A stretch of 64,000 nt of DNA from Parcubacteria bacterium RAAC4_OD1_1. GTDB lineage: Bacteria > Patescibacteriota > Minisyncoccia > Phycocordibacterales > UBA9973. The notes below the pieces were generated by a model, which worked only from the letters and a program-made list of their open reading frames with translations, ran no database searches and had not been told where the DNA came from. The stretch lies in contig AWSN01000001.1 in NCBI GenBank assembly GCA_000505065.1, forward strand, positions 339,647 through 403,646. Reading direction: 5' to 3'. The translations under genes were made by a program, and so were the position numbers. Below are positions 36,009 to 45,715 of the stretch, piece by piece (positions within the stretch are counted from its first letter, which is position 1; each line of letters opens with the position of its first letter).

Positions 36009-38078
36009 ATGAATACACAAAAAAATATAAAACATAATAACAATATAAATAGAAAGAATTTTATCAATAGAAATAAAATAAACTCCATAAGAGTACTTCA
36101 TAAAGAAGGGTCTCCTGCCAAGATGCCTATAATTAAAAGTAGCTCTTTTGTTGCTGAAAGTATAAATGCATTTAAAAAAGAAGATTCACGTACAATACAA
36201 AATATACAAAAAAAAATAGTACACTCAAATAATCATATAAACAACAATCCAAATAATAAAAATAATAGAAATATTAAGGGTAGCTATCAATATTCCACAA
36301 ATAGAAGACCAAAACATAACAATATAGATACGTCTTCAAATAAAAATCTAAATAATAGAGATATCTTTAAAAGAAAAACAAACCTTATACCAAAACCTGA
36401 TGCTGGAGTTATACGAATAATTCCACTAGGTGGAGTTGAAGAAATTGGTAAAAATATGACAGCTATTGAGATAGGAGAAGACATTATAGTTATAGATGCT
36501 GGTATGCAATTTAAAACAGAAGATACCCCAGGAATAGACTACATCATACCAAATACAACATATCTAGAAGAAAGAAAAGATAAAATAAGAGCAATGTTCG
36601 TCACTCATGGTCACCTAGACCATATAGGTGGTATACCTCTTGTCATGAGCAGAATTGGTAATCCCCCACTGTATTCTAGAAACTTAAGTATTTTGATGAT
36701 AAAAAAACGTCAAGAAGAATTTCCTCATCTTCCAGCACTCAATGTAAACATAGTGGAAAAAGACTCAGTAATATATGCTGGAAATATTAGGGTTAGATTC
36801 TTTGGTGTGACTCACACTGTTCCTGACTCAATGGGTCTCATAATAGAAACCCCTTATGGCTCAATAGTAACCCCAGGAGACTATAAACTCGATCAAATAG
36901 ATGGAAAAGTCACAGAAGAAGAGGAGAAAGAGTATTCTATTTTTGAAAAAGAGAAAGTTTTACTTTTACTTACTGATTCTACTAATATCGAAAATGAAGG
37001 TTTTGCACTACCTGAAGTAAAAGTCCATGAAGGTCTTAGTAAATTGATAAGAGGTATCAGTGGACGTATTATTATAGCAGCATTTGCTTCACACATAACT
37101 AGACTTGTAAAAGTTATAGAAGTTGCAGAATCTTTAGGTAAAAAAGTAATCCTAGACGGTAGATCACTTAAAACCAATATGGAAGTCTGTGAACAAGCAG
37201 GAATTTTCAAACCAAAAAAAGGCACAATGATACCTCTTGAAGATGTAGAGAAATATCCTCCAAATAAAATTGTTATCTTGATGACAGGAGCCCAGGGTGA
37301 AGAATTTGCAGCATTAAATAGAGCAGCCAATAAGACCCATAAAAAATTTACAATCAGAAAAGGAGACACCATAATACTTTCTGCTTCTATTGTTCCAGGA
37401 AATGAAATGTCTGTTCAGCATTTAAAAGATAATCTTGCTCGTCACGGAGTAAGAATAATAAGTTATAGAACAAGTGAAGAATATATCCATGCAACAGGAC
37501 ATGGAAATCAAGAAGATATCAAATGGCTACACAATAAACTAAAAGCTAAATTCTTTATTCCTATACACGGGCATCATTCTATGCTTGTAAAACATAAAGA
37601 GCTTGCAATATCTTGGGGGGTAAAAGAAGAAAATATAATTGTCCCAGACAATGGTTCTATAATCGAAATCATAGATAATGGTAATAAAATAATTTTAAGA
37701 AAAGAAAAAGCTCCATCAGGTCCTATGCTGGTAGATGGTTTCTCTGTGGGAGATGAGCAAGATGTAGTTATAAGGGATAGAGTAATGCTTGCTCAAGATG
37801 GTATGTTTGTCCTTATTGCTACGATAGATTCATCAAATGGTAAACTCAAAAAATCTCCAGACATTATATCTCGTGGTTTTATATATTTAAAAGAAAATCA
37901 AGAATTACTTCATCAAGTAAGACTTATTGTAAAGAAAACTATTGAAGATGGTGCTAGAGGAATGCACCCTATAAATCTAGATGTTATAAAAACAAACCTA
38001 GGAGATAATGTTTCTAAATTCTTATATCAAAAAACAGCCAAAAGACCACTTGTAATCCCCGTATTATTAAATATATAA
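36009..38078 (+). CDS. rnj: ribonuclease J with about 140-aa Asn/Lys-rich N-terminal extension
   Basis: Metallo-beta-lactamase motif HGHLDHIGG, beta-CASP and RNase J C-terminal domains; start set at ATG 36009 just after the upstream stop. Confidence 0.85.
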   Translation: MNTQKNIKHNNNINRKNFINRNKINSIRVLHKEGSPAKMPIIKSSSFVAESINAFKKEDSRTIQNIQKKIVHSNNHINNNPNNKNNRNIKGSYQYSTNRRPKHNNIDTSSNKNLNNRDIFKRKTNLIPKPDAGVIRIIPLGGVEEIGKNMTAIEIGEDIIVIDAGMQFKTEDTPGIDYIIPNTTYLEERKDKIRAMFVTHGHLDHIGGIPLVMSRIGNPPLYSRNLSILMIKKRQEEFPHLPALNVNIVEKDSVIYAGNIRVRFFGVTHTVPDSMGLIIETPYGSIVTPGDYKLDQIDGKVTEEEEKEYSIFEKEKVLLLLTDSTNIENEGFALPEVKVHEGLSKLIRGISGRIIIAAFASHITRLVKVIEVAESLGKKVILDGRSLKTNMEVCEQAGIFKPKKGTMIPLEDVEKYPPNKIVILMTGAQGEEFAALNRAANKTHKKFTIRKGDTIILSASIVPGNEMSVQHLKDNLARHGVRIISYRTSEEYIHATGHGNQEDIKWLHNKLKAKFFIPIHGHHSMLVKHKELAISWGVKEENIIVPDNGSIIEIIDNGNKIILRKEKAPSGPMLVDGFSVGDEQDVVIRDRVMLAQDGMFVLIATIDSSNGKLKKSPDIISRGFIYLKENQELLHQVRLIVKKTIEDGARGMHPINLDVIKTNLGDNVSKFLYQKTAKRPLVIPVLLNI

Positions 38079-38084
38079 TATAAA

Positions 38085-39260
38085 ATGACAAACAAATTAA
38101 ATAAAATGTATTTGGTTTCGTTTATTTTTACTCTTCATATTGCTCTTTCGGCATATGTCAATTCAACATTTTTAGTTAGTATTATGTCTGAAAAATATGT
38201 TGGGATATTATACACAGTAGCATCTCTTGTCACACTTATATTACTTACAAATAGCTCAAAAATATTAAAAAATTTTGGAAACAAAAAAATAACTTTAATT
38301 TTTCTATTTATAAACATTTTGTCATTAATAGGACTCATTGTATCAAAAAATCCAATCATAACAGGAACTTCTTTTGTTCTTTTTATGTCTACTAACACTT
38401 TGGTCCTTTTCTGTATTGATATTTTCATAGAACATTTTAGTGATCAAACAAAAACTGGTAAAACAAGAGGTACATATCTCACTATAATAAACATTGCATG
38501 GATGCTATCCCCCCTTATTTCCACATTCATTATGACAAAAGAAGGAGGATATCAGACTATTTATTCTATCTCACTTATAATGGCAATCCTTATGATGATA
38601 AGTCTTATTTTTTCAGTAAAAACATTTAAAGACAGAACATACAAAAGAACACCATTTTTTGAAACATTTTATTTTATTAAGAAAAATAAAGGAATAGAAG
38701 CAATAGTCATAATAAACTTCATATTACAATTCTTTTTCTCTTGGATGGTTGTCTACACTCCGCTTTACCTATATGATCACATAGGTCTTAACTGGACACA
38801 AATCGGTAGTATATTTACTGTTATGCTTGCTCCTTTTGTTATCCTTGGACTTCCTGTAGGTATTTTAATAGACCGATACAAAATAAGCAAAAAAAAGTTA
38901 CTAAAAATTGGACTTTTAACAATGATAATATCTACATCTATAATATCTATAGTATCCACAAAAGAAGTTGTAATATGGGCAATAATATTATTTTTTACTA
39001 GAGTTGGAGCAAGTATCATAGAAACCACTAGTGAAATATATTTTTTCTCAAAAATAAAGGAAGATGATGCATATCTTTTAGGGATTTTTAGAGATATGAA
39101 TCCTGTAGCATATATTATAGGTCCAATTATAGCTACAGTTATCCTTATAATATTCCCTTTTCAATATTTATTTCTCATATTGGGAATAATCATCATATCA
39201 GGATTTTATTATGTATCTAAGTTAGAAAAAGAAAATGGAATACCCAATCAGAATAAATAA
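38085..39260 (+). CDS. MFS transporter
   Basis: 12 predicted TM helices with 6+6 organisation. Confidence 0.65.
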   Translation: MTNKLNKMYLVSFIFTLHIALSAYVNSTFLVSIMSEKYVGILYTVASLVTLILLTNSSKILKNFGNKKITLIFLFINILSLIGLIVSKNPIITGTSFVLFMSTNTLVLFCIDIFIEHFSDQTKTGKTRGTYLTIINIAWMLSPLISTFIMTKEGGYQTIYSISLIMAILMMISLIFSVKTFKDRTYKRTPFFETFYFIKKNKGIEAIVIINFILQFFFSWMVVYTPLYLYDHIGLNWTQIGSIFTVMLAPFVILGLPVGILIDRYKISKKKLLKIGLLTMIISTSIISIVSTKEVVIWAIILFFTRVGASIIETTSEIYFFSKIKEDDAYLLGIFRDMNPVAYIIGPIIATVILIIFPFQYLFLILGIIIISGFYYVSKLEKENGIPNQNK

Positions 39261-39933
39261 ATATTTGTCATTAAACAAAATAACAACAAGAAGAGAGGCT
39301 GATTCTTTAATAGAAAAAGGTTTAATTTTTATAAATGGGAGAAAAGCAAAATTAGGAGATAAGGTACAAGAAAATGACAAAATAGAAGTTTCAGAAAGTG
39401 TACTTAACAAAAAATATTTATATTATGCTTATAATAAACCTATAGGTATCTCTACAAATAAAGATTCTGGGGTCAAAGATATAATATCAGTCACCAAATT
39501 TCCTACAAAAGTATTTCCTGTGGGTAGATTAGATAAAGACTCTCACGGATTAATAATTATGACAAACGATGGCCGAACAACAGATAGACTACTTTCTCCT
39601 AAATATTTTCACGATAAAGAATATATAGTAAAAGTAGAACCAAATATAACAGAGAAATTTATAGAACTTATGGGGAGTGGTGTTAGATTTGATAAATATG
39701 TAAGTAAAAAATGTAAAGTTTGGTTTATAAATAAAAATACATTTAATATCATACTTACTGAAGGAAAAAAAAGACAGATAAGAAGAATGAGTGAAGCTCT
39801 TCATCATAATGTAACAGATTTAAAACGAATAAGAATAATGAATATAAAATTAGGTAATATAAAAGAAGGAGAATATAGAGAAATAAAAGGTAAAGAATTA
39901 GAAGAGTTTCTAAAACTTCTTAATTTAAATTAA
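39235..39933 (+). CDS. rRNA pseudouridine synthase (RsuA/RluB family) with N-terminal S4 domain
   Basis: S4 domain IRINKYLS..., catalytic VFPVGRLDKDSHGLIIMTNDG. Confidence 0.85.
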   Translation: MEYPIRINKYLSLNKITTRREADSLIEKGLIFINGRKAKLGDKVQENDKIEVSESVLNKKYLYYAYNKPIGISTNKDSGVKDIISVTKFPTKVFPVGRLDKDSHGLIIMTNDGRTTDRLLSPKYFHDKEYIVKVEPNITEKFIELMGSGVRFDKYVSKKCKVWFINKNTFNIILTEGKKRQIRRMSEALHHNVTDLKRIRIMNIKLGNIKEGEYREIKGKELEEFLKLLNLN

Positions 39934-39940
39934 ATAAACT

Positions 39941-39985
39941 AAATCTCCCAGATAGCGCCTTAAGCGCTATCTGGGAGATTTTTAG
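39941..39985. terminator. bidirectional terminator
   Basis: aaatctcccagatagcgccttaagcgctatctgggagattttt. Confidence 0.6.
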
Positions 39986-39999
39986 TAATTTTTTATTTA

Positions 40000-42435
40000 C
40001 TAATTTACACAAAAACTTTGTAATTTAGAATTGGCTACACTTCTAGTCTCACTACCAACGATTCCATCATTTTTCAAATTATTATCAATCTGGAATTGTC
40101 GAACAGCAAATAGTGTAATGCTACCATATTTACCATCAATTCCACTACTATCCAAATATCCAAGCTTATTTAATATAGTTTGTAACGATTTAACTTGACT
40201 TGTATAACTAGAACCAAAATACAAATTATTACTTATAAAATTACTATTACAAGAAACATTACCCTCTAATATATTAAAGACTAAATCTTTTTCAGATTTA
40301 GTAGAGACGTAGTCTCCAGTCAATAACCCACCAACATGGCAACCCTTATCACCAATATCTATAAAACCATCTCCATCGTTATCTTTTTTATCACGACATT
40401 CTGAAGATGTAAAAAACATTGGAGAAATTGTAGTATTTGAAGGAGTTGTAGGTGCAACATTGCCTATTACGCTAGACACACACTTCTCTGACCATCTTGC
40501 ATTAAGAGTTGTTCTGGTATTTAATCCAACCACACCATCTACATATAATCCATATTTTGTTTGGAATGATTTAACTGCATTGTATGTTGCAATCCCAAAT
40601 TTACCATCTACATTAGTTGTACTTAAATATCCTAATCCATTTAACATCTTTTGTAATACATCTACTTGGCTACCTGACATACCAGATTCTAGTTTTTCAG
40701 TTAATTGTGCTCCGCAAGTCATGTCGTTAATGAAGGTGGAAGTATTTTCATATTTTTTAATCAAGATTTCTCTTTCATCTGATTGATCTGATGAAACATT
40801 CTTACCTCTTATTTTTAAAACTAAATTATAGGTAGAAGTATTATCAACTTTTGGTATGATAATTGTTTCTTCTCCATCATTTAAAGTAGAAATACTATAC
40901 GGATATGTATTATTTGGGCCCATAATAACTAAAGCAAGTTCATCTGTAGGCAAAAAACCACCAGATGTTTTCCATTTTACAGTAATTTTATCTCCAGTCT
41001 TAAACGTCTCCCCTCCATTTGGATAAGTTACAGTTATTAAAGGAGTTGTATCGTTATCACTTGCACATTTTGAATTCCACTTTGCTCTTAAAGCATCTAC
41101 TGTGAGTTTACCTGCTATTCCATCAGCTGTTAGATTATTGTCTTTCTGAAATAGTCCTACAGAATATTGGGTCAAACCATTCCAAACATATTTACCATCA
41201 ATATCTCCATACATATAACCAAAAACACTAAGCATCTTTTGTAAAGAAGTTATTTCACTAGAAGAAGCAGGAAAACCGTACTGCTGACTAAAAACAACAG
41301 AACCCCTATTTGTTTTTAAATATTCAAAATCAGGAAATCCAGCTTTACATACCTCATCTAAACTAACAGATGAATTTAATTTTGGAGCAGTGTCAACGGT
41401 TCCACAAGATATATATTGATACCAATCTCCTGAGCAAGTCTTACCACCGTTTTGAGGAGTTGGATTTGTACATCTTCTTACTTGTTTTTGTTGATTATTT
41501 GTACAAGTTCCAGAGTCTATCCAAGCACTCCACCCTCCATCAATAGGATCAGTTATAGTCCCAGTTCTCTGAACACATTTTGTAGACATTGTTGTATAAG
41601 TATATGCTCCTGCATTCCCTGCTGCTCTCCATGTATCTATAGTTTCATTTTTGTAATTCTCTACACTTATAGTATTTGGATACCATCTTTTACAATATGT
41701 AAGTTTATCTAAAATCGCACCTGATGATCCATCTGGATCAGTTTGCCAAACACCAGATCCATCAGTAGAAATATGCTGATTAACTTTTCCCCACCAATAC
41801 ATTATACGAGGAGTTGGATCGTTTACATCGGTAGTAGCAGTACAACTTACACTTCTTCCAATACTTCCTACACACCCTGCTCCACCATTTGCTGGAGCAG
41901 GGTTTGTACAAGATCTGATCTGTGGTTTCATTCCATCAACACAATCTCCATAATCTGCCCAATCTGTCCAACCACCAGGAACTGCAACAGCAGTATTTGC
42001 TGATTTTGTTTCAGAAGTTAGCTGTACACATTTGAAAGACATTTTAGTTCCAGTGTATGCTCCTCTATTTCCTGCAGCTCTCCAAGTATCTATTGTTTCA
42101 TTTTTATAATCTTCTACAGAAACAGTATTGGTCCAAAATTTTTTACAATAAGTAAGCTTATCTAAATTAGCACCTGAGGATCCATCAGAGTCTGTCTGCC
42201 AAACACCATTACTATCTATATGTTGGTTCACCATACCCCACCAATACATTATACGAGGAGTCATATCATTTGTAGCAGAAAGAGCTGTAGCCATCTGACT
42301 ACCTTTAAGTAAAGCAATCTGTACCCTTAATTCACCCACTTCTTTTTTGAGATCATCTAAAAGTGAAGCATCTGCAAACTTCACAAAACTAAAAACTAAA
42401 ACAAAAGAAACCAATCCGACTAAAAATTTTTTCAT
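40000..42435 (-). CDS. large secreted multidomain protein: signal peptide, 2x novel MYWWG-VNQH repeat domain, 2x thrombospondin-type-1-like repeat, Kre9/KNH-like beta-sandwich, 3x peptidoglycan-binding domain
   Basis: TPRIMYWWG(K/M)VNQHI...TYCKK(F/W)(W/Y)...ETIDTWRAAGN...KCVQ occurs twice. WxxWxxC...RxCTNP(A/T)PxNGGxxCxG occurs twice. Three LQKMLxxxGY..DGKFG..T..AVxxFQ PG_binding_1 repeats. Also a CRDKKDNDGDGFIDIGDKGC Ca-binding-like motif. Confidence 0.8.
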   Translation of the reverse strand: MKKFLVGLVSFVLVFSFVKFADASLLDDLKKEVGELRVQIALLKGSQMATALSATNDMTPRIMYWWGMVNQHIDSNGVWQTDSDGSSGANLDKLTYCKKFWTNTVSVEDYKNETIDTWRAAGNRGAYTGTKMSFKCVQLTSETKSANTAVAVPGGWTDWADYGDCVDGMKPQIRSCTNPAPANGGAGCVGSIGRSVSCTATTDVNDPTPRIMYWWGKVNQHISTDGSGVWQTDPDGSSGAILDKLTYCKRWYPNTISVENYKNETIDTWRAAGNAGAYTYTTMSTKCVQRTGTITDPIDGGWSAWIDSGTCTNNQQKQVRRCTNPTPQNGGKTCSGDWYQYISCGTVDTAPKLNSSVSLDEVCKAGFPDFEYLKTNRGSVVFSQQYGFPASSSEITSLQKMLSVFGYMYGDIDGKYVWNGLTQYSVGLFQKDNNLTADGIAGKLTVDALRAKWNSKCASDNDTTPLITVTYPNGGETFKTGDKITVKWKTSGGFLPTDELALVIMGPNNTYPYSISTLNDGEETIIIPKVDNTSTYNLVLKIRGKNVSSDQSDEREILIKKYENTSTFINDMTCGAQLTEKLESGMSGSQVDVLQKMLNGLGYLSTTNVDGKFGIATYNAVKSFQTKYGLYVDGVVGLNTRTTLNARWSEKCVSSVIGNVAPTTPSNTTISPMFFTSSECRDKKDNDGDGFIDIGDKGCHVGGLLTGDYVSTKSEKDLVFNILEGNVSCNSNFISNNLYFGSSYTSQVKSLQTILNKLGYLDSSGIDGKYGSITLFAVRQFQIDNNLKNDGIVGSETRSVANSKLQSFCVN

Positions 42436-42489
42436 AATATTTACAATAAAACTAATAATAATCGACTAATAACAAAAAAATAATAAAAA

Positions 42490-44025
42490 CTAATCTAAAT
42501 TTAATAACTCAAATTTAATACGGTCCAAAACTTCATCATTATTTATAAATCCACTAACATTTAAATTATTATTTTTTTGATACTCAACGACAGCCAAACG
42601 TGTCTTCTCTCCATAAATTCCATCTATTTTATCTATATTATACCCTTTATCTTTTAAGATTTTCTGTAAAAGTTTTACATCATTACCAGACACTCCGACA
42701 ACTAAATCTCTATAAAAAGAAACATTTACTAAGTCTAATTCTTTATATTCCTGATTTTCTTGTTCTATAATTGGATTTATTTCAGGAATAGTGGCTACAC
42801 AATCAACTTCTTCATTATTAATATCAAAACACATATTTTCATTATCTACAATAGGCAATACAGAAGGTAATGTTTTCTCAGAAATACATTCTATAGACAT
42901 CTTTGTGGCTGTATAAGCTCCGGTATTTTTAACCGCTCTCCATGTATTGATAGTTTCATTTTTATAGTCTTTTGTATTTGTGATATTTAATTTTGGATAC
43001 CATTTCTTACAATATGTAAGTTTATCTAAATTTGCTCCAGAAACTCCATCTGGGTCTGTTTGCCAAACTCCAGCATTATCTATATGCTGATTAACTTTTC
43101 CCCACCAATACATTATACGAGGAGTTTTATCTATGTTTGTATCAATAATTGTCGGTAAACATTCTTTTCCTGTTATGGTGCTAAATTTATTTCCAAAACC
43201 ACAACCAATATATGGGTCTACAATAACTAATGTATCATCTTCTGGGTCTCCAGGTTGTACACATTTCATAGACATTTTTGTAGATGTCCAATTATTTTTA
43301 TTTCCTCTTTCTTTCCACTTATCGATAGTTTCCAATTTATGATCAATAACTTTTATAGTCTTTGGATACCATTTCTTACAATATGTAAGTTTATCTAAAT
43401 TTGCTCCAGAGACTCCATCTGGGTCTGTTTGCCAAACTCCAGTATTGTCTATATGCTGATTAACCTTACCCCACCAATACATTATACGAGGAGTTTTATC
43501 ATTTGTGGTAATTTTATCAGTAATAATTTTAGTTTTATCTATAGATAATTTGTAAATTAAGCCACCAGGATTTAATTTTGGATCTGTGTGAATTGAAGAA
43601 TTATTTACAACTGTAAATTTTACAGTATTATTCCCTTGTTTTAAATAATTTGTTATATCTCTTGTTGTGATATAAGTAAACGCACTACCTAAATAATTAT
43701 CTTCAAAAATAATATTGTTAATTTCTAGTATATAACCATTATCTGTAGCAAATTGTATTTGTGCTGAATTAATATCATTTTCTATGGTAAAAGTTTTTGT
43801 AAAAGTTTCAACTTCTCCATTTATAGAGTTAGAAGCATAATATGAATTCCATATCCAAAAAGCACCAGGGATACTAACCCATTTTTTATTTTTCCATGCA
43901 TAAACAGCATTGTCTCCATTACTTAATATATCTGTATTATCACTATATATATTTAAAGTATCAGCACTAGAAATACCTCCAAATGAAATAAATAAAACAA
44001 ATATGAATAATATTTTTTTTAGCAT
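42490..44025 (-). CDS. secreted paralogue: signal peptide, beta-sandwich/lectin-like N-domain, 2x MYWWGKVNQH repeat domain, C-terminal peptidoglycan-binding domain
   Basis: Two copies of TPRIMYWWGKVNQHIDN(T/A)GVWQTDPDGVSGANLDKLTYCKKWYPK...ETI(D/N)(K/T)W...KCVQ/ECIS; C-terminal LQKILKDKGYNIDKIDGIYGEKTRLAVVEYQ. Confidence 0.8.
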   Translation of the reverse strand: MLKKILFIFVLFISFGGISSADTLNIYSDNTDILSNGDNAVYAWKNKKWVSIPGAFWIWNSYYASNSINGEVETFTKTFTIENDINSAQIQFATDNGYILEINNIIFEDNYLGSAFTYITTRDITNYLKQGNNTVKFTVVNNSSIHTDPKLNPGGLIYKLSIDKTKIITDKITTNDKTPRIMYWWGKVNQHIDNTGVWQTDPDGVSGANLDKLTYCKKWYPKTIKVIDHKLETIDKWKERGNKNNWTSTKMSMKCVQPGDPEDDTLVIVDPYIGCGFGNKFSTITGKECLPTIIDTNIDKTPRIMYWWGKVNQHIDNAGVWQTDPDGVSGANLDKLTYCKKWYPKLNITNTKDYKNETINTWRAVKNTGAYTATKMSIECISEKTLPSVLPIVDNENMCFDINNEEVDCVATIPEINPIIEQENQEYKELDLVNVSFYRDLVVGVSGNDVKLLQKILKDKGYNIDKIDGIYGEKTRLAVVEYQKNNNLNVSGFINNDEVLDRIKFELLNLD

Positions 44026-44092
44026 TTTTTTATTATTATATTGATAAAAAACTATATATATTATACACCTTATAAAATCTTAGGTAAATAGT

Positions 44093-44120
44093 AAAAATGC
44101 CACCTCGTGGTGGCATTTTT
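44093..44120. terminator. bidirectional terminator downstream of rpsR
   Basis: aaaaatgccacctcgtggtggcattttt. Confidence 0.6.
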
Positions 44121-44121
44121 A

Positions 44122-44322
44122 CTATTTAGCTATATAAGGCAATAACCCCATAAATCTAGATCTTTTCACAGCTAATGCTAATTTCCTTTGATTTTTAGAA
44201 GTAACATTTGTGCGTTTTTTAGACATTATTTTCCCACTAGGAGTAAGGAACCTTTTCAATAGTTCTACATCTTTATAGTCAATATGTTTTATGTTATTTG
44301 ATGAAAAATAATCTTGCTTCAT
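44122..44322 (-). CDS. rpsR: 30S ribosomal protein S18
   Basis: 66 aa, KRFLTPSGKI...LALAVKRSRFMGLLPY. Confidence 0.85.
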   Translation of the reverse strand: MKQDYFSSNNIKHIDYKDVELLKRFLTPSGKIMSKKRTNVTSKNQRKLALAVKRSRFMGLLPYIAK

Positions 44323-44420
44323 AATTTAGTTTCTAGTGACTAGTTTATAGTGACTAAAATTTATTAATTCTTTTAATTTGACTAGCAACTACAATCTAGC
44401 TACTAATCACTATCTTAATC

Positions 44421-44867
44421 TTAAAATGGTATATCTTCGACATTTATCTGTTCATCTGGATATTCTATAGTATCTAATTCTTCTTCTTTTGGAGAGTCTT
44501 GTTTTGTATTATCTGAACTCATTGATGGTCTTCCAGAAGAACTATTTCCAAATTGGACACGATCAGCAATAATTTCAGTTCTATATTTCTTTGTATTTGT
44601 AGCTGTATCATCCCAAGATCTTGTCTGCATTCTACCTTCTATCATAACTTGACTACCCTTTTTCATATATTGTGCTACTGTTTCTGCTTGTCTTCCGAAA
44701 ACTACAATATTGTGATAATCAGCAGATTCCTGTTTTTGACCATTTTTATCTTTCCAAACACGATTAGTCGCAACAGAGAAACTACAAACCTTGATTCCAG
44801 AAGGTATAGCTCTGATCTCTGGATCACGAGTTAAATTACCTATTATAAATGCTTTATTTAGATACAT
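44421..44867 (-). CDS. ssb: single-stranded DNA-binding protein
   Basis: OB fold NKAFIIGNLTRDPEIR...TDWHNIVVFG-like, acidic C-terminal tail ending DIPF. Confidence 0.9.
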   Translation of the reverse strand: MYLNKAFIIGNLTRDPEIRAIPSGIKVCSFSVATNRVWKDKNGQKQESADYHNIVVFGRQAETVAQYMKKGSQVMIEGRMQTRSWDDTATNTKKYRTEIIADRVQFGNSSSGRPSMSSDNTKQDSPKEEELDTIEYPDEQINVEDIPF

Positions 44868-44994
44868 CCCATTAGAAGTAGGTCGCGGTCTTAAATAACA
44901 CCTACTTGATTAATTTGATTCGACATAATAATAAACAATATATTTCATATCCCATAAGAATTGCGACCGCAACTTCTAACGGGATACATAATTA
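44868..44994 (-). other. structured rpsF-ssb intergenic region with long-range inverted repeat
   Basis: ttagaagtaggtcgcggtc (44875-44893) pairs with gcgaccgcaacttctaa (44953-44969), enclosing about 60 nt. Confidence 0.3.
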
Positions 44995-45486
44995 TTATAC
45001 CACAAGTGCGTCAATTTCTTTGTCTATTGTTTCTTCACTTACTTTCTCTGTTTCTTCAACACGTGGAGTAACTTTTCTTTTAGAATCTTGTCTATTATAA
45101 GAACGTTTTACAGACATTGTGTTTTCTCGAACAGTTTTAACAAGAAGATATCTGATGATTTTTTCATTCTTATCAAGAGCTTCTTTTATTTCTTGTGCTC
45201 CATTAGTAGAACATTCAAATTTAACCCAACCAAAATATCCATAAGAAAACTTTTGTTTCTTATTGTTAACAGAACGAGTCATTTCATACGCAAGCTCTAT
45301 TAGTTTAGGATATTCATCAGAAATAAAAACTGCTCCATAAGAAGAAAGAGAATCTTTGAAAGATGTCACTTCTCCACCGAGATTTTCTTCTGCAATAGAA
45401 GGTACCATAAGGTATCCTATCTCATAAATAGAAGTCTTTACATCTTTTTCTTCAACGATAACTTCCTCTTTATTTACTTTAACCAT
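44995..45486 (-). CDS. rpsF: 30S ribosomal protein S6 with C-terminal extension
   Basis: S6 core YEIGYLMVP...; operon rpsF-ssb-rpsR. Confidence 0.8.
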   Translation of the reverse strand: MVKVNKEEVIVEEKDVKTSIYEIGYLMVPSIAEENLGGEVTSFKDSLSSYGAVFISDEYPKLIELAYEMTRSVNNKKQKFSYGYFGWVKFECSTNGAQEIKEALDKNEKIIRYLLVKTVRENTMSVKRSYNRQDSKRKVTPRVEETEKVSEETIDKEIDALVV

Positions 45487-45624
45487 AAATTAATTAAATT
45501 TTAAAAAATAATAAAACACTTCACTATGGACCTTTGTGTGCTAGCTTCAGTGCTAGAACAAGTGAAATGTGTCTTTATATTAACAAAAAAATAGCCTTTT
45601 GTCCAGACTAAAATCGAAACAAAC

Positions 45625-45715
45625 TTTTTCAAGAAAAAATGTCTGGCACCGGCCCCCCCTAAATCCGAGGACTTTTTTATTGATAAAGTTTGTGAAGATT
45701 TTTTATATTTTAAAA
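45625..45715 (+). repeat. repeat family 2, copy 1 (in rpsF 5' region)
   Basis: gaaaaaatgtctggcaccggccccccctaaatccgaggacttttttattgataaagtttgtgaagatttttt matches 59345-59435. Confidence 0.7.
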
